Source: Candidatus Moraniibacteriota bacterium
GTDB taxonomy: Bacteria; Patescibacteriota; Minisyncoccia; Moranbacterales; GWC2-37-73
Length of the DNA stretch: 60,337 bases
NCBI GenBank assembly: GCA_035325685.1
Contig: DAOKZJ010000002.1
Location: 7,309-67,645, forward strand
Direction: 5' to 3'
Under the pieces are notes generated by a model. That model worked only from the letters and a program-made list of their open reading frames with translations. It was not told the DNA's origin and did no database searches. Of this stretch, positions 34,411 through 44,790 are shown one piece after another. The stretch's first letter is position 1. The number at the start of each line of letters is the position of its first letter. A program made the position numbers and the translations under genes.

Positions 34411-35172
34411 TCACCAAGGAACCTCGTTGCTGTACTCGTTTTTTTGCGTGAGCACGACAACTGCCGGTGTTCCGGTGTTGAGGAGGATTTTGCGGGAATT
34501 GTCCGTGAGGAGCTTGCCGGAAATTCGTCCCTCTTTGTCGCACGCCAGGATGCCGTGGAACTTGAGACCTTTACGCCAGGCAAACTCCTTGTTGGATTTT
34601 CCTCGGTAAGTGATCCTTTTTTTGATCTCACCGATGGTCATCTCCAGCGGCTTTTGGTCCCACGTCGGGAAATAAATATGTTCCAGGCGCAGGAACTTGT
34701 GGGGCCCGACTTCCCCCTTGAGTTTTTCGGGGTCGAAATCCCTGGTAAAGATATCCATGCGGCGCCAGTTCTCAAAATCGATGTTATCCGCCCGCAGATT
34801 TTTTTTGCGGAACGCGCCAGCATGGTACATGGTTTCGCCCTTGAGGGTGATCGTTTTGCCGCTTCGGTTTATGAACCGAATAAATCCCCGGAAAGCTTCG
34901 ATATAGTTTCCCTCGGGAATCTCCGTCCATGTTTCCGGCGAGTCGGGATCGGCCCCAAGATATCTGAAGGCGGTCAATCCCTTTATCTTGGGAGAAGGGA
35001 AAGAGGCGTGTTCCTGGAGATAAAATAAATGCGTCCCGGGTTCGATCTTGATGGTGATGTGCCCGTCATCCGTGGGACCGTAGATGACGTTCGTTCCGGC
35101 CAAGGCGACCGGAAAAACGGCAAAAAGGGAGAACAGCAGAAAAAGGGCCGACAGAAAGGTTTTTTGTACCAT
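34411..35172 (-). CDS. Secreted hypothetical protein (253 aa)
   Basis: AAAGGAGGA SD lies 7 nt before ATG 35172. The signal peptide is MVQKTFLSALFLLFSLFAVFPVALA. Confidence 0.65.
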   Translation of the reverse strand: MVQKTFLSALFLLFSLFAVFPVALAGTNVIYGPTDDGHITIKIEPGTHLFYLQEHASFPSPKIKGLTAFRYLGADPDSPETWTEIPEGNYIEAFRGFIRFINRSGKTITLKGETMYHAGAFRKKNLRADNIDFENWRRMDIFTRDFDPEKLKGEVGPHKFLRLEHIYFPTWDQKPLEMTIGEIKKRITYRGKSNKEFAWRKGLKFHGILACDKEGRISGKLLTDNSRKILLNTGTPAVVVLTQKNEYSNEVPW

Positions 35173-35308
35173 GATACATCCTCCTTTTGGTAAAGTGCTC
35201 GTTGCCGAGGGCAACTATCCATTATACACCAAAAAAGAAAATAAGTCAATAGAATGTGGTAATGTGGTATACTGAAAAAGCAAATTTAAAAAAATCGCAA
35301 ACAAAAAC

Positions 35309-35989
35309 ATGCATAAACTTTTTTTGGATATAGAGACCTTGCCGGCCGGCGAGGAAAGCCATGCTAAGCTCGAAATTCTTTTTGAAAAGAAGCGCAAAGA
35401 AGATGATCTTCTGGAAGATTTTTTGCTGCGCACTTCTTTTGACGGAGCGTTCGGGAGGATATTTTGCATCGGTTATGCTGTCGATGATGGCCCCTTGGAA
35501 GCTTTTGCCGGCGACGAAAAAAAGATTTTGGAAGACTTTTGGGAGTTGGTCTCCAAATTGGATCGCGACGTGCCGCCGCCGAGCGGCAACTACGGCTATC
35601 GCCCCGGATATGGCAAGCAGAACAATGTTTTGTTCGTGGGACACAACGTGATGGATTTCGACATGCGCTTTATTTATCAGCGCTCCATCGTGCTGGGCGT
35701 CAAGCCTTCCTTGGAAGTGAGTTTTGCTCGTTACCGCTCGGATCAGATTTATGACACGATGCGCGAATGGTCCAAGTGGAGCAGTTCAAGCGTCGGTTTG
35801 GAAACTTTGGCGCTGGCGCTGGACATCCCTTCTCCCAAGGAAGGAATAGATGGTTCGCAAGTTTTCGATTTTTACAAGCAAGGACGTGGCGCGGAGATAA
35901 TCGAATATTGCAAGCGCGACGTGGAAACGACGCGCGCTCTTTACCGGCGCATGGTTTTTGCCAAAGCACCCAAAAGCACTCTTTTTTAG
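35309..35989 (+). CDS. RNase H-fold 3'-5' exonuclease (PolB-exo-like, DEDDy)
   Basis: LDIET, GHNVMDFD and YCKRDVETT motifs. Confidence 0.7.
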   Translation: MHKLFLDIETLPAGEESHAKLEILFEKKRKEDDLLEDFLLRTSFDGAFGRIFCIGYAVDDGPLEAFAGDEKKILEDFWELVSKLDRDVPPPSGNYGYRPGYGKQNNVLFVGHNVMDFDMRFIYQRSIVLGVKPSLEVSFARYRSDQIYDTMREWSKWSSSSVGLETLALALDIPSPKEGIDGSQVFDFYKQGRGAEIIEYCKRDVETTRALYRRMVFAKAPKSTLF

Positions 35990-36067
35990 GGAGTTTAAGA
36001 AGGAACTGGTTTTGTAAGGATTCCGTAGGGTGAAAGATGGGCGGCTTCGTTTTCGTAAGTTTTAAAG

Positions 36068-36424
36068 ATGGAAGCAATGCAACAAATAAAGGAAAAGATA
36101 GATAACCTCAAAAAGACCAGTTCGGACATAGAGCGGGAAATCCGCGAAAAAACAGTGGGGTATATCGTGGCGGGCCTTTCGGTGGTCGCCGGCCTTGCTT
36201 GGAATGAAGCGATCAAATCTTTTATTGAGGAATTTTTCCCGCTTTCCAGCGATACCGTTAAAGCCAAATTCATTTACGCGTTGGTGGTCACTTCCGCCAT
36301 CGCGATCGTTTCGTTTTATTTGGTACGCATTTTCAGGACCAGCAAGGGAGCCAAGGAAGAGGAAGGGAGAGAAAGTGAAACGAAAAGTAAAAAGACGGTG
36401 AGTAAAAGCAAGAAAAAGAAATAA
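36068..36424 (+). CDS. Hypothetical two-TM membrane protein with a Lys-rich tail
   Basis: The ORF has two hydrophobic helices and ends in KSKKKK. Confidence 0.55.
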   Translation: MEAMQQIKEKIDNLKKTSSDIEREIREKTVGYIVAGLSVVAGLAWNEAIKSFIEEFFPLSSDTVKAKFIYALVVTSAIAIVSFYLVRIFRTSKGAKEEEGRESETKSKKTVSKSKKKK

Positions 36425-36455
36425 AAAAAGCGCCCCCTTCGCGGGGCGCTTTTTT
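36423..36455. terminator. Bidirectional intrinsic terminator
   Basis: A7-AGCGCCCC-cttcgc-GGGGCGCT-T5. Confidence 0.78.
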
Positions 36456-36464
36456 AGGGACAAC

Positions 36465-36632
36465 TTATTTGCTGAGGGTTTTGGCGCATTTGGTGCAAAC
36501 CTTAACGCGCTTCCCTTCGATCTTTTTGGATTGGAGATTGACGCGAAAGGTGCGCTTGGAAGCAATGTTTGAATGGCTGCGGGAATTTCCGGACACGGTT
36601 CCGCGGCCGCAAGCTGTGCATGTTCTGCTCAT
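36465..36632 (-). CDS. rpmB: 50S ribosomal protein L28 (Cys4 form)
   Basis: MSRTCTACGRGTVSGNSRSHSN...CTKC. Confidence 0.87.
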   Translation of the reverse strand: MSRTCTACGRGTVSGNSRSHSNIASKRTFRVNLQSKKIEGKRVKVCTKCAKTLSK

Positions 36633-36809
36633 ATTTTTTCGTAAACGCTTATCACGCGGCGCGAAACGATTTGGTCGCCTTGCATTCCACGCTGCACGTT
36701 CCAATAGTCTGTTGATTTATTACAGCCGCTACTGTATCATGCAAACGAGCTTCTGGCAAGAGGTTCGTCTCTTGAAGTGCTATAAAACTATTTTTTAACG
36801 AAAAAACAG

Positions 36810-37511
36810 ATGTTTCAGGTAGCTGTCATTTTGGCTTTCCAGATTTTCATTATTGTGATGTCCGTGGTTATCCATGAAGTGGCGCATGGTCTGGCCGCCC
36901 TTAAGCTCGGCGACCCTACGGCCAAATATGCAGGACGTCTTACACTCAATCCTTTGAAGCATCTGGATTGGGTCGGTTCGGTTTTTGTGCCCGTTTTGAT
37001 GCTTTGGTTGGTCGGGATTCCTTTTGCCTGGGCCCGTCCGGTGCCGTACAATCCTTATAATTTGCGCAACCAGCGTTTCGGTCCGGCCTTGGTTGGTTTG
37101 GCTGGGCCGCTCTCCAACATATTCTTGGCTTTTGTTTTCGGTTTTGCCGCCAGAATGCTTCCCTTGGCGGCTTCTGCCAAAGAGGCGCTGGCCTCGCAGT
37201 TTTTACGAGGGGATTACGAGGGAATTGCTTACGCGCTCAGCGGCTCTCTTTCTTCCATTTTTTTCTTGCTTTTCATGATCACGGTCGTGATTAACCTTTT
37301 TTTGGCTTTTTTTAACCTCATTCCTATTCCTCCTCTGGATGGTTCCAAGCTTCTTTTTTCGCTGCTGAAGCTTCGCACGGAAACGGTGATTATGCTGGAA
37401 CAGTTCGGCTTCCTTTTCCTGTTGGTGGTGGTGCTTTTTTTCCAGGGAGCTTTGGGAATCTTCTTGTTTGCCATATTGTCGCTATTCCTTAGCTACGTAG
37501 TGGGGATATGA
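36810..37511 (+). CDS. Site-2 protease family (M50) membrane metalloprotease
   Basis: HEVAHG and NLIPIPPLDG motifs. Confidence 0.87.
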   Translation: MFQVAVILAFQIFIIVMSVVIHEVAHGLAALKLGDPTAKYAGRLTLNPLKHLDWVGSVFVPVLMLWLVGIPFAWARPVPYNPYNLRNQRFGPALVGLAGPLSNIFLAFVFGFAARMLPLAASAKEALASQFLRGDYEGIAYALSGSLSSIFFLLFMITVVINLFLAFFNLIPIPPLDGSKLLFSLLKLRTETVIMLEQFGFLFLLVVVLFFQGALGIFLFAILSLFLSYVVGI

Positions 37512-37677
37512 CGCCTGCGCCCCTTGTTGACAGGTGCCAAGGACTCATGTATTATTGCGATGCTAGTTTTCTGGCGTTTTTTGTTTATGTGTTAAAAGGT
37601 GATAAGATTTATTTTTCAAGAAGCGGATAATTTTCCGGTAAGAGTTGCACCCGGATGTGTCCGGCAGTTAAATCCAA

Positions 37678-38100
37678 ATGCCAACAATCAATCAGTTAGT
37701 CAAAAGAAGGCGCAAGGCTTCCGGTAAGAAATCAAAGTCTCCGGCGATGATGCAGGTGTTCAACACGCTCAAAAACAAGCCGAAGCCTACCAAAAGTCCG
37801 TTTAAGCGTGGCGTGTGCGTGAAGGTGAGCACCACCACTCCCAAGAAGCCTAACTCGGCGCTGCGCAAAATTGCGCGCGTGCGGCTTACCAATAACATGG
37901 AAGTTACGGCTTATATTCCGGGAGTGGGACACAATTTGCAAGAGCACTCCATCGTCATGATTCGCGGAGGACGCGTCAAGGATCTTCCGGGTGTGCGCTA
38001 TCACATCGTGCGCGGCGTCTTGGATGCTTCCGGGGTGGATGGGCGCAATCGCGGCCGCAGCAAATATGGCGCTAAGCGACCTAAGGCGAAAACCGAGTAA
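37678..38100 (+). CDS. rpsL: 30S ribosomal protein S12
   Basis: [20 protein letters not shown]. Confidence 0.98.
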   Translation: MPTINQLVKRRRKASGKKSKSPAMMQVFNTLKNKPKPTKSPFKRGVCVKVSTTTPKKPNSALRKIARVRLTNNMEVTAYIPGVGHNLQEHSIVMIRGGRVKDLPGVRYHIVRGVLDASGVDGRNRGRSKYGAKRPKAKTE

Positions 38101-38256
38101 GAATTCTAAAAACACGAAACACGAAGTTCGAAACTCGAAACAAATTCGAATGGCAAAAATCGAGATTCAAGTTGTTAAAATATTTTGAATTTTGAAGATT
38201 GGGGATTTTGAATTTATTTCGGATTTCGAATTTCAGATTTCGAATTTATTAAAGAT
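38101..38256. repeat. 156-nt rpsL-rpsG spacer made of CGAA(A/C) words (period 7) facing TTTGAA and TTTCG words (period 7)
   Basis: CGAA at 38115, 38122, 38129, 38136 and 38147. TTTCG/TTTCA at 38217, 38224, 38231 and 38238. TTTGAA at 38184, 38191 and 38207. Confidence 0.85.
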
Positions 38257-38724
38257 ATGGCAAGAAGAGCACGTAAGTACGAAAAAAGATGGCAGCCTGA
38301 CCCCAGGTACGGAAATATCCTGGTGGGACGCTTTGTCGGGCAGATCATGCAAGATGGAAAGCGCAGCACGGCTGAGCGCGTTGTTTATGAATCTTTTGAC
38401 ATAATTCATGAACGCACCAAGAAAGGCGGACTTAACGTTTTTGAACAGGCAATCAAGAATGTTTCGCCGCTGTTGGAGCTCAAAAGTAAGCGCGTAGGGG
38501 GAGCTAATTATCAGGTACCGATGCAGGTCACGGGGGAGCGCCGCCAAACACTGGCGATTCGTTGGATCCTGAGTGCTTGTCGATCGCGCAAGGGACGCAA
38601 GATGGCGGAAAAGCTCGCGGACGAACTGATTGATGCCTCCAATAAAGCCGGTAGCGCCATGAAAAAGCGCGAGGAAGTGCATCGTATGGCTGACGCCAAC
38701 AAGGCTTTTGCTCACTTTGCTTAA
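38257..38724 (+). CDS. rpsG: 30S ribosomal protein S7
   Basis: Full-length S7-like sequence. Confidence 0.97.
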   Translation: MARRARKYEKRWQPDPRYGNILVGRFVGQIMQDGKRSTAERVVYESFDIIHERTKKGGLNVFEQAIKNVSPLLELKSKRVGGANYQVPMQVTGERRQTLAIRWILSACRSRKGRKMAEKLADELIDASNKAGSAMKKREEVHRMADANKAFAHFA

Positions 38725-38729
38725 AAAAT

Positions 38730-38754
38730 AGGACATATGGGACCCATATGTCCT
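38730..38754. promoter_or_regulatory. Perfect palindrome AGGACATATGGG-a-CCCATATGTCCT between rpsG and fusA
   Basis: 12-nt arms seen directly. No T-run follows. Confidence 0.5.
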
Positions 38755-38784
38755 AACTGTCTAAATTATACTTATAAAAAAACC

Positions 38785-40869
38785 ATGGCACGGGAATACC
38801 CCATCGAAAAGTATCGTAATATCGGCATAATCGCCCACATTGACGCCGGCAAAACCACTACCACTGAGCGCGTGCTTTTCTATACCGGAATCACGCATAA
38901 GGTTGGCGAGGTGCATGAAGGAGGAGCGACGATGGACTGGATGGAGCAGGAAAGGGAGCGTGGCATCACCATCACTTCTGCCGCTACCAAATGCTTCTGG
39001 AAGGATCATCAGATCAACATCATCGATACTCCTGGACATGTGGACTTTACCGTAGAAGTGGAAAGATCGCTGCGTGTTTTGGATGGCGGCGTGGTGGTGT
39101 TTGATGGCAAAGAGGGTGTGGAACCGCAATCTGAAACCGTTTGGCGCCAAGCTGACAAATACAGCGTGCCCCGCATCTGTTTTATCAACAAGATTGATAA
39201 GGAAGGGGCTGATTTTGAGGCGGCAATTTCTTCCATTTGGAACCGCCTGACTCCCAATGCCGTGGCCGCCCAGCTTCCGATCGGAGAGCGCGGAGGTTTC
39301 GCCGGGGTGGTGGATCTCTTGAAGATGAAAGCGTATACCTTCGAAGGAGAAATGGGGGAAAAAATTATCGAAGGAGAGGTTCCGGCTGAGCTTTTGGACA
39401 AAGCCAAGCAATGGCGCGAAAAGCTCGTGGAAAAAATATCGGAAACGGATGATGCGCTGACGGAAAAATATCTGGGCGGCGAGGAAATTTCCATTGAAGA
39501 GCTTAAAGCGGCGATGCGTAAAGCGGTTATTGCCACCCGCTTGGTTCCGGTCTTTACCGGAACGGCACTGCGCAACAAAGGCGTGCAGTTGGTGCTGGAT
39601 GCTGTGGTTGATTACTTGCCAAGCCCGATCGATATTCCGGCAGTCAAGGGAACGCATCCCAAAACCGGCGAAGAAATAGAACGCAAAGCTTCCGATGACG
39701 AGCCTTTCAGTGCCCTGGCTTTCAAGGTAGCTACGGATCCGTTTGTGGGGCAGCTTACGTTTTTCCGCGTATACAGCGGAACGCTTAAAGCCGGCTCCTA
39801 TGTGCTTAACTCCACCAAGGGAGAAAAAGAGCGTATTGGACGTATTTTGCAAATGCACGCCAATCACCGTGAGGAGGTGCAGGAAATATATGCCGGAGGG
39901 ATTGGCGCGCTGGTAGGCATGAAGAACACAACCACAGGAGACACGCTTTGCGAGGAATCCAAGCCTGTTATTTTGGAATCCATTACCTTCCCTGAGCCGG
40001 TCATCGATATTGCGGTGGAACCCAAGACCAAAGCCGATCAGGAGAAGATGGGTCTGGCGCTGCGTAAACTTGCGGAAGAAGATCCTACGCTGCGTTTGCG
40101 CACCGACGAAGAAAGCGGACAAACTATTATTTCCGGAATGGGAGAGCTCCATTTGGATATTATCGTGGATCGCATGAAGCGCGAATTCAAAGTGGAAGCG
40201 AATATCGGCCAGCCGCAAGTGGCTTACCGCGAAACGATCAAATCCAGCGCCCAGGCGGAAGGAAAATATATCAAGCAGTCGGGCGGACGCGGACAATACG
40301 GCCATTGTTGGCTCAAAGTGGAACCGCAGGAAGAGAAAGGCAAGGGATATGAATTTGTTGATGAGATAAAGGGAGGCGTTATTCCGCAGGAATTTATTCA
40401 GCCAATCAACAAGGGTGCGCGCGAAGCCTTGGATAACGGCGTAATTGCCGGCTATCCGATGGTGGACGTGAAGGTGACGCTTTACGACGGCTCCTTCCAT
40501 GAAGTGGACTCTTCGGAAGCCGCATTTAAAATCGCGGGTTCGATGGCCGTGCAGGAAGCAGTCAAACGTGCCACTCCGATTATCTTGGAGCCGATCATGA
40601 AGGTGGTGGTTACCACTCCGGAGCAATTCATGGGCGACATAGTGGGAGACATCAATTCCCGCCGCGGCATGATTAAGGAGATTATTGATCGTGGAGAAGG
40701 TAATGCCCGCGTCAAGGAGATTGAAGCGGAAGTGCCATTGGCCAATATGTTTGGCTATGCGACGCAGATGCGTTCCATGACTCAGGGTCGCGCCAATTAT
40801 TCCATGGAGTTCGGTCATTACAGCGAAGTGCCCAAGAATGTGGCTGAAGAGATTATGGCCAAGAAATAA
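38785..40869 (+). CDS. fusA: Elongation factor G
   Basis: [14 protein letters not shown]. The ATG at 38785 gives the canonical N-terminus. Confidence 0.98.
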   Translation: MAREYPIEKYRNIGIIAHIDAGKTTTTERVLFYTGITHKVGEVHEGGATMDWMEQERERGITITSAATKCFWKDHQINIIDTPGHVDFTVEVERSLRVLDGGVVVFDGKEGVEPQSETVWRQADKYSVPRICFINKIDKEGADFEAAISSIWNRLTPNAVAAQLPIGERGGFAGVVDLLKMKAYTFEGEMGEKIIEGEVPAELLDKAKQWREKLVEKISETDDALTEKYLGGEEISIEELKAAMRKAVIATRLVPVFTGTALRNKGVQLVLDAVVDYLPSPIDIPAVKGTHPKTGEEIERKASDDEPFSALAFKVATDPFVGQLTFFRVYSGTLKAGSYVLNSTKGEKERIGRILQMHANHREEVQEIYAGGIGALVGMKNTTTGDTLCEESKPVILESITFPEPVIDIAVEPKTKADQEKMGLALRKLAEEDPTLRLRTDEESGQTIISGMGELHLDIIVDRMKREFKVEANIGQPQVAYRETIKSSAQAEGKYIKQSGGRGQYGHCWLKVEPQEEKGKGYEFVDEIKGGVIPQEFIQPINKGAREALDNGVIAGYPMVDVKVTLYDGSFHEVDSSEAAFKIAGSMAVQEAVKRATPIILEPIMKVVVTTPEQFMGDIVGDINSRRGMIKEIIDRGEGNARVKEIEAEVPLANMFGYATQMRSMTQGRANYSMEFGHYSEVPKNVAEEIMAKK

Positions 40870-40913
40870 GGCGCAACTTGCATATCCTTAAGACAGGCAA
40901 GCAGGAAAACCCT

Positions 40914-40946
40914 AAAAACAGCTCTTTCGGGAGCTGTTTTGTTTTT
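40914..40946 (+). terminator. Intrinsic terminator after fusA
   Basis: ACAGCTC-tttcgg-GAGCTGT then TTTTGTTTTT. Confidence 0.8.
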
Positions 40947-41074
40947 ATGAAAAGTAACCAAGGAGAGGCGAAATAGCCTTTTGTGTTCAAGGGGTTTTGT
41001 TGTTTTAAAAAACGGCTAAAATAAAGGAAAAATGTAGTAAGAATATCCACATAAAAACAAGATTGACTAGACCC

Positions 41075-41102
41075 TTGACATATATTTTTATTTGTGTAAA
41101 AT
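41075..41102 (+). promoter_or_regulatory. Candidate tuf promoter TTGACA-16-TAAAAT
   Basis: Hexamers at 41075-41080 and 41097-41102. Confidence 0.5.
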
Positions 41103-41126
41103 GAATAGGTAACGTTCCTGTTTCGA

Positions 41127-41152
41127 AAGGCAATTTTGAATTTGCCTTTTTT
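41127..41152 (+). terminator. Terminator-like hairpin in the tuf leader
   Basis: AAGGCAA-ttttgaat-TTGCCTT then T-run, about 25 nt after the predicted TSS. Confidence 0.45.
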
Positions 41153-41259
41153 GCAGAAAGAGTGTATCATTTCTGGTACACAAAATGGTCGCATAATAAA
41201 TTATCTTTAAATTTTTGCAGTCGCCGGTATTGAGATCCGGTACGCGAAAATCAATCAGT

Positions 41260-42453
41260 ATGGCAGCAGAACAATTTGTGCGTTCCAAGCCGCACGTTAA
41301 CGTCGGCACCATCGGTCATGTGGACCACGGAAAGACTACTCTTACAGCAGCTATTTTGCACGTGCTCAGCAAGAAGGGTCTTGCCAAAGAGAGGAATGTG
41401 GATGAAATCGACAACGCTCCCGAGGAGCGCGAGCGCGGTATTACCATTGCTACTTCGCACTGCGAATACGAGTCTGATACGCGCCACTATGCGCATGTGG
41501 ACTGCCCGGGACATGCTGACTACATCAAGAACATGATTACCGGCGCTGCTCAGATGGACGGAGCTATCTTGGTGGTGAGTGCAACTGACGGCCCCATGCC
41601 TCAGACCCGCGAACACATTCTGTTGGCTCGCCAAGTAGGCGTACCTGCTATCGTGGTGTTTATCAACAAGGTAGATATGGTTGATGATCCGGAATTGGTT
41701 GACTTGGTGGAAGCGGAAGTTCGCGAACTGCTCAGTAAGTATGAGTTCGATGGAGACAACGCTGCTATCATTCGCGGAAGCGCCCTGAAGGCCCTCGAAG
41801 CCGGCAGTGCCGAGGAAGAAGCTGCAAAGCCTATTTTGGATCTGATGGCTGCTTTGGATGCTAACATTCCTGAGCCTGTTCGTGAGACTGACAAGCCTTT
41901 CCTGATGCCTGTTGAGGATATCTTCTCCATTGAAGGACGCGGAACGGTAGTAACCGGACGCATTGAGCGTGGAGTTGTTAATATCAACGAGGAAATCGAA
42001 ATTGTAGGTCTGCGCCCAACTTCCAAGACGGTTGTTACTGGCATCGAAATGTTCAACAAGTCGCTTGGCGAAGGAAAGGCCGGAGACAACGCGGGACTTT
42101 TGCTGCGTGGTGTCAAAAAGGAAGATGTGGAGCGCGGACAGGTTTTGGCCAAGCCGGGATCCATCACGCCTCATACCGAATTTGAAGGAGAAGTATATAT
42201 TCTTACCAAGGAAGAAGGCGGTCGCCATACTCCTTTCTTCAAGGGGTACAAGCCGCAGTTCTACATCCGCACCACGGATGTGACCGGAGAAGTTATTTTG
42301 CCGGAAGGAACCGAGATGGTTATGCCTGGAGATACCATTAAGCTGAACATCAAGCTTATCTCTCCGGTGGCCATGGAGGAAGGAATGCGTTTCGCGATTC
42401 GCGAAGGAGGACGCACGGTAGGAGCCGGAGTCTGCACCAAGATTTTGAAATAG
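41260..42453 (+). CDS. tuf: Elongation factor Tu
   Basis: [18 protein letters not shown]. Confidence 0.98.
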   Translation: MAAEQFVRSKPHVNVGTIGHVDHGKTTLTAAILHVLSKKGLAKERNVDEIDNAPEERERGITIATSHCEYESDTRHYAHVDCPGHADYIKNMITGAAQMDGAILVVSATDGPMPQTREHILLARQVGVPAIVVFINKVDMVDDPELVDLVEAEVRELLSKYEFDGDNAAIIRGSALKALEAGSAEEEAAKPILDLMAALDANIPEPVRETDKPFLMPVEDIFSIEGRGTVVTGRIERGVVNINEEIEIVGLRPTSKTVVTGIEMFNKSLGEGKAGDNAGLLLRGVKKEDVERGQVLAKPGSITPHTEFEGEVYILTKEEGGRHTPFFKGYKPQFYIRTTDVTGEVILPEGTEMVMPGDTIKLNIKLISPVAMEEGMRFAIREGGRTVGAGVCTKILK

Positions 42454-42575
42454 TGGGCGAGCTAGGCACGTATACGGCCTGTGCTGTATACGTGCTTGTG
42501 TTCTTCCAGTATGCTGGCGCCTTGGGGCACAGCGGGGAACCAGAATATAATTAGTTCATGCATTTGATAACACCG

Positions 42576-42908
42576 ATGGGAGCGAAAAAAACGACGGATA
42601 CGCAGGCTACGCGGATTCGCATCAAGATCAAGGCGTACGATAACAAGGTTATCGACCAATCCGCACGCAAGATCGTCGAAACTGCGGAGCGCACGGGCGC
42701 AAGGATAAGCGGACCAATCCCGCTTCCGACGGAGATCCACAAGATCACGGTTAACCGTTCGACCTTTGTGCACAAGGATGCCCGTGACCAGTACGAGATG
42801 CGCACCCATAAGCGCCTGATCGATATCTGGGAACCAACCGCCAAGACTATTGAGAATTTGACCGGTTTGGATTTGCCTGCAGGAGTTGATATTGAAATAA
42901 AGATGTAG
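42576..42908 (+). CDS. rpsJ: 30S ribosomal protein S10 (start uncertain; alternative 42558)
   Basis: [17 protein letters not shown]. Confidence 0.93.
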   Translation: MGAKKTTDTQATRIRIKIKAYDNKVIDQSARKIVETAERTGARISGPIPLPTEIHKITVNRSTFVHKDARDQYEMRTHKRLIDIWEPTAKTIENLTGLDLPAGVDIEIKM

Positions 42909-43060
42909 GAGCTTTGCGTAATTGCGAAAAGTCAGGGCGCGAATTTGGAAAACCATTCCATTGCGCTCATTCGTAACTTGCGCAGCGACACTAGTTAAAG
43001 TCCCGCTTGGTCGGGATACTCAACTAGCCAGTGCCTGAGGCCGCATGGTCCGGGCTTGCG

Positions 43061-43085
43061 AAACTGGCTGTTGCCAGTTTTTTTG
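43061..43085 (+). terminator. Terminator-like hairpin inside the rpsJ-rplC spacer
   Basis: AAACTGGC-tgtt-GCCAGTTT with a trailing T-run. Confidence 0.6.
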
Positions 43086-43117
43086 TTCGGAAACATTTAG
43101 ACGTTAAGAATAAAGCG

Positions 43118-43681
43118 ATGAAATTCATACTCGGAAAGAAGCTTGGCATGACGACGCTGTATGACAAGGAGCGTGGAGCGCTCAATGTCACTTTGGTTCA
43201 GTGCGAGCCGAACACGGTTTCCTGCGTGCGCACCATGGAAAAAGATGGTTACAATGCTGTGCAACTTTCTTTGGCTAAAACCAAAGGCAATGTGCATTGC
43301 TGCGAATTCCGTCTAGAGGAGGCTGCAACGATGGCTGTGGGGGACAAAGTGAGCGCGGAAGCGTTTGCCGTCGGAGATGAGGTTAAGATTTCGGCCGTAA
43401 GCAAAGCCAAGGGATTTCAGGGAGGAGTAAAAAGGCATGGATTTGCGGGAGCACCCAAGACTCACGGACACAAGCATGACTTGCGTGCCCCTGGTTCGAT
43501 TGGAGCTCAGCAGCCGCAGCACGTTATCAAGGGTAAGCGCATGGCGGGGCGCATGGGTGGACGCCGTTCGACAGTTAAAAATGTGCAGGTTGTCCATGTG
43601 GACGCAGCTGCCAATATAATCGCCCTCAAGGGCGCAGTGCCAGGGGTAAGTGGTAGAATAGTGGAAATTTCCGCAATCTAA
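43118..43681 (+). CDS. rplC: 50S ribosomal protein L3
   Basis: MKFILGKKLGMT N-terminus. Confidence 0.94.
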   Translation: MKFILGKKLGMTTLYDKERGALNVTLVQCEPNTVSCVRTMEKDGYNAVQLSLAKTKGNVHCCEFRLEEAATMAVGDKVSAEAFAVGDEVKISAVSKAKGFQGGVKRHGFAGAPKTHGHKHDLRAPGSIGAQQPQHVIKGKRMAGRMGGRRSTVKNVQVVHVDAAANIIALKGAVPGVSGRIVEISAI

Positions 43682-43718
43682 GGAAGGAAAAGAACTCAAT
43701 CAGAATCAATACAAGCAT

Positions 43719-44360
43719 ATGGCGAAAATCGCAGTACATGATTTGGAAGGAAAGAAGGTCGGAGAGATGAATCTCTCGGATGCAGTTTTTGCCGCACCTT
43801 CCAATGATGATCTGCTCAAGCAGGTCTATGTGGCTATCGCGGCCAACAACCGCAATCCTATCGCGCACACCAAGGGCAAGGGAGAAGTTTCCGGCAGCGG
43901 CAAAAAGCCTTTTCGCCAAAAAGGAACAGGCAATGCGCGCCAGGGACAAAAACGCAACCCGGTGATGAAGGGCGGGGGCGTTTCTTTTGGTCCGACCAAT
44001 GAGCGTAATTTTAAGCACAAGGTGAATCGTAAGATGCGCCAAAAAGCACTCAGCGTGGCTTTGAGTGAAAAGATAAGAAAGGGCATGGTTGTTTTGGTGG
44101 ATTCCCTTACTGCCTCCCAGATCAAGACCAAGGCTTACGCTCAGGCATTTTCCAAATTGGGAGTTGCTTCCAGGGATTCCGTATTGGTTGGATTTTCGCA
44201 GCAGGAAAAAACTTCACTTTTGGGAGTGCGCAATATAAACCGCGCGTCCGGAGTGGAAGCCAAGGATCTTAATGTTTTTGACATCCTCAACCATAAGTAC
44301 CTGGTATTGAGCAAATCCTCGGCTGCTGAAATAGAAGCCAAATACGCTCAAGAAAAGTAA
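43719..44360 (+). CDS. rplD: 50S ribosomal protein L4
   Basis: Sequence and operon position. Confidence 0.94.
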   Translation: MAKIAVHDLEGKKVGEMNLSDAVFAAPSNDDLLKQVYVAIAANNRNPIAHTKGKGEVSGSGKKPFRQKGTGNARQGQKRNPVMKGGGVSFGPTNERNFKHKVNRKMRQKALSVALSEKIRKGMVVLVDSLTASQIKTKAYAQAFSKLGVASRDSVLVGFSQQEKTSLLGVRNINRASGVEAKDLNVFDILNHKYLVLSKSSAAEIEAKYAQEK

Positions 44361-44387
44361 ATCGCATAGACCAATCAAGATATCCGT

Positions 44388-44723
44388 ATGGCAAAGGCAG
44401 AGAAAAACAAGAAGGTGGCAAAGGCTCAGATCAAGGCCGAGCAAGCACAACGCGTGCTTATGGAGCCTTGGATTACCGAGAAGTCCCACCTGGGAATGCA
44501 GCAAGGCAAATATGTGTTCAAGGTGGCGCGCCGGGCAACTAAGGCAGAAGTGAAGCGCGCGATCGAAGGACTGTATGGTGTTAACGTTAAGGCAGTGGCC
44601 ATGGTCAATCTGCCGAGCAAGCCCAAGAGTTACGGAAGGCATGTGCGAGTGGTCGCTCCGATACGCAAGGCGGTAGTCACGCTTTCAGCCGGGGAGTCTA
44701 TAGAAATCATGCAAGGAGCGTAA
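44388..44723 (+). CDS. rplW: 50S ribosomal protein L23
   Basis: Sequence and operon position. Confidence 0.9.
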   Translation: MAKAEKNKKVAKAQIKAEQAQRVLMEPWITEKSHLGMQQGKYVFKVARRATKAEVKRAIEGLYGVNVKAVAMVNLPSKPKSYGRHVRVVAPIRKAVVTLSAGESIEIMQGA

Positions 44724-44790
44724 GAATGCATAATGCATAAGTTGCAACGCCGAGCGCTTGGCGCTACGCGGTCTGCAAGCTAAGAAAACT

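Noticed and set aside
38737-38784. N-terminal extensions offered by the ORF track for fusA (38737), tuf (41215), rplC (43031), rplB (44758), rplP (47506), rpmC (47922), rplN (48486), rplX (48721), rpsH (50230), ftsZ (18608), lepB (12459), HIT (14812) and rpmB (36704).
   Set aside because: The internal Met gives the canonical conserved N-terminus in each case. The extensions run through spacer repeats, terminators or upstream genes.
38761-40818. A 685-aa ORF antisense to fusA. Similar long antisense ORFs occur at 18632..20080 (ftsZ), 21749..23176 (nrdD), 17243..18262 (ftsA), 41251..42228 (tuf), 50776..51681 (rplF/rplR), 25439..26170 (apbE), 15677..16459 and 23774..24490.
   Set aside because: They mirror highly conserved, confidently identified genes on the other strand. 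Their translations are low-complexity (R/S/L/H-rich) with no recognisable motifs. This is the typical shadow-ORF effect of codon bias.
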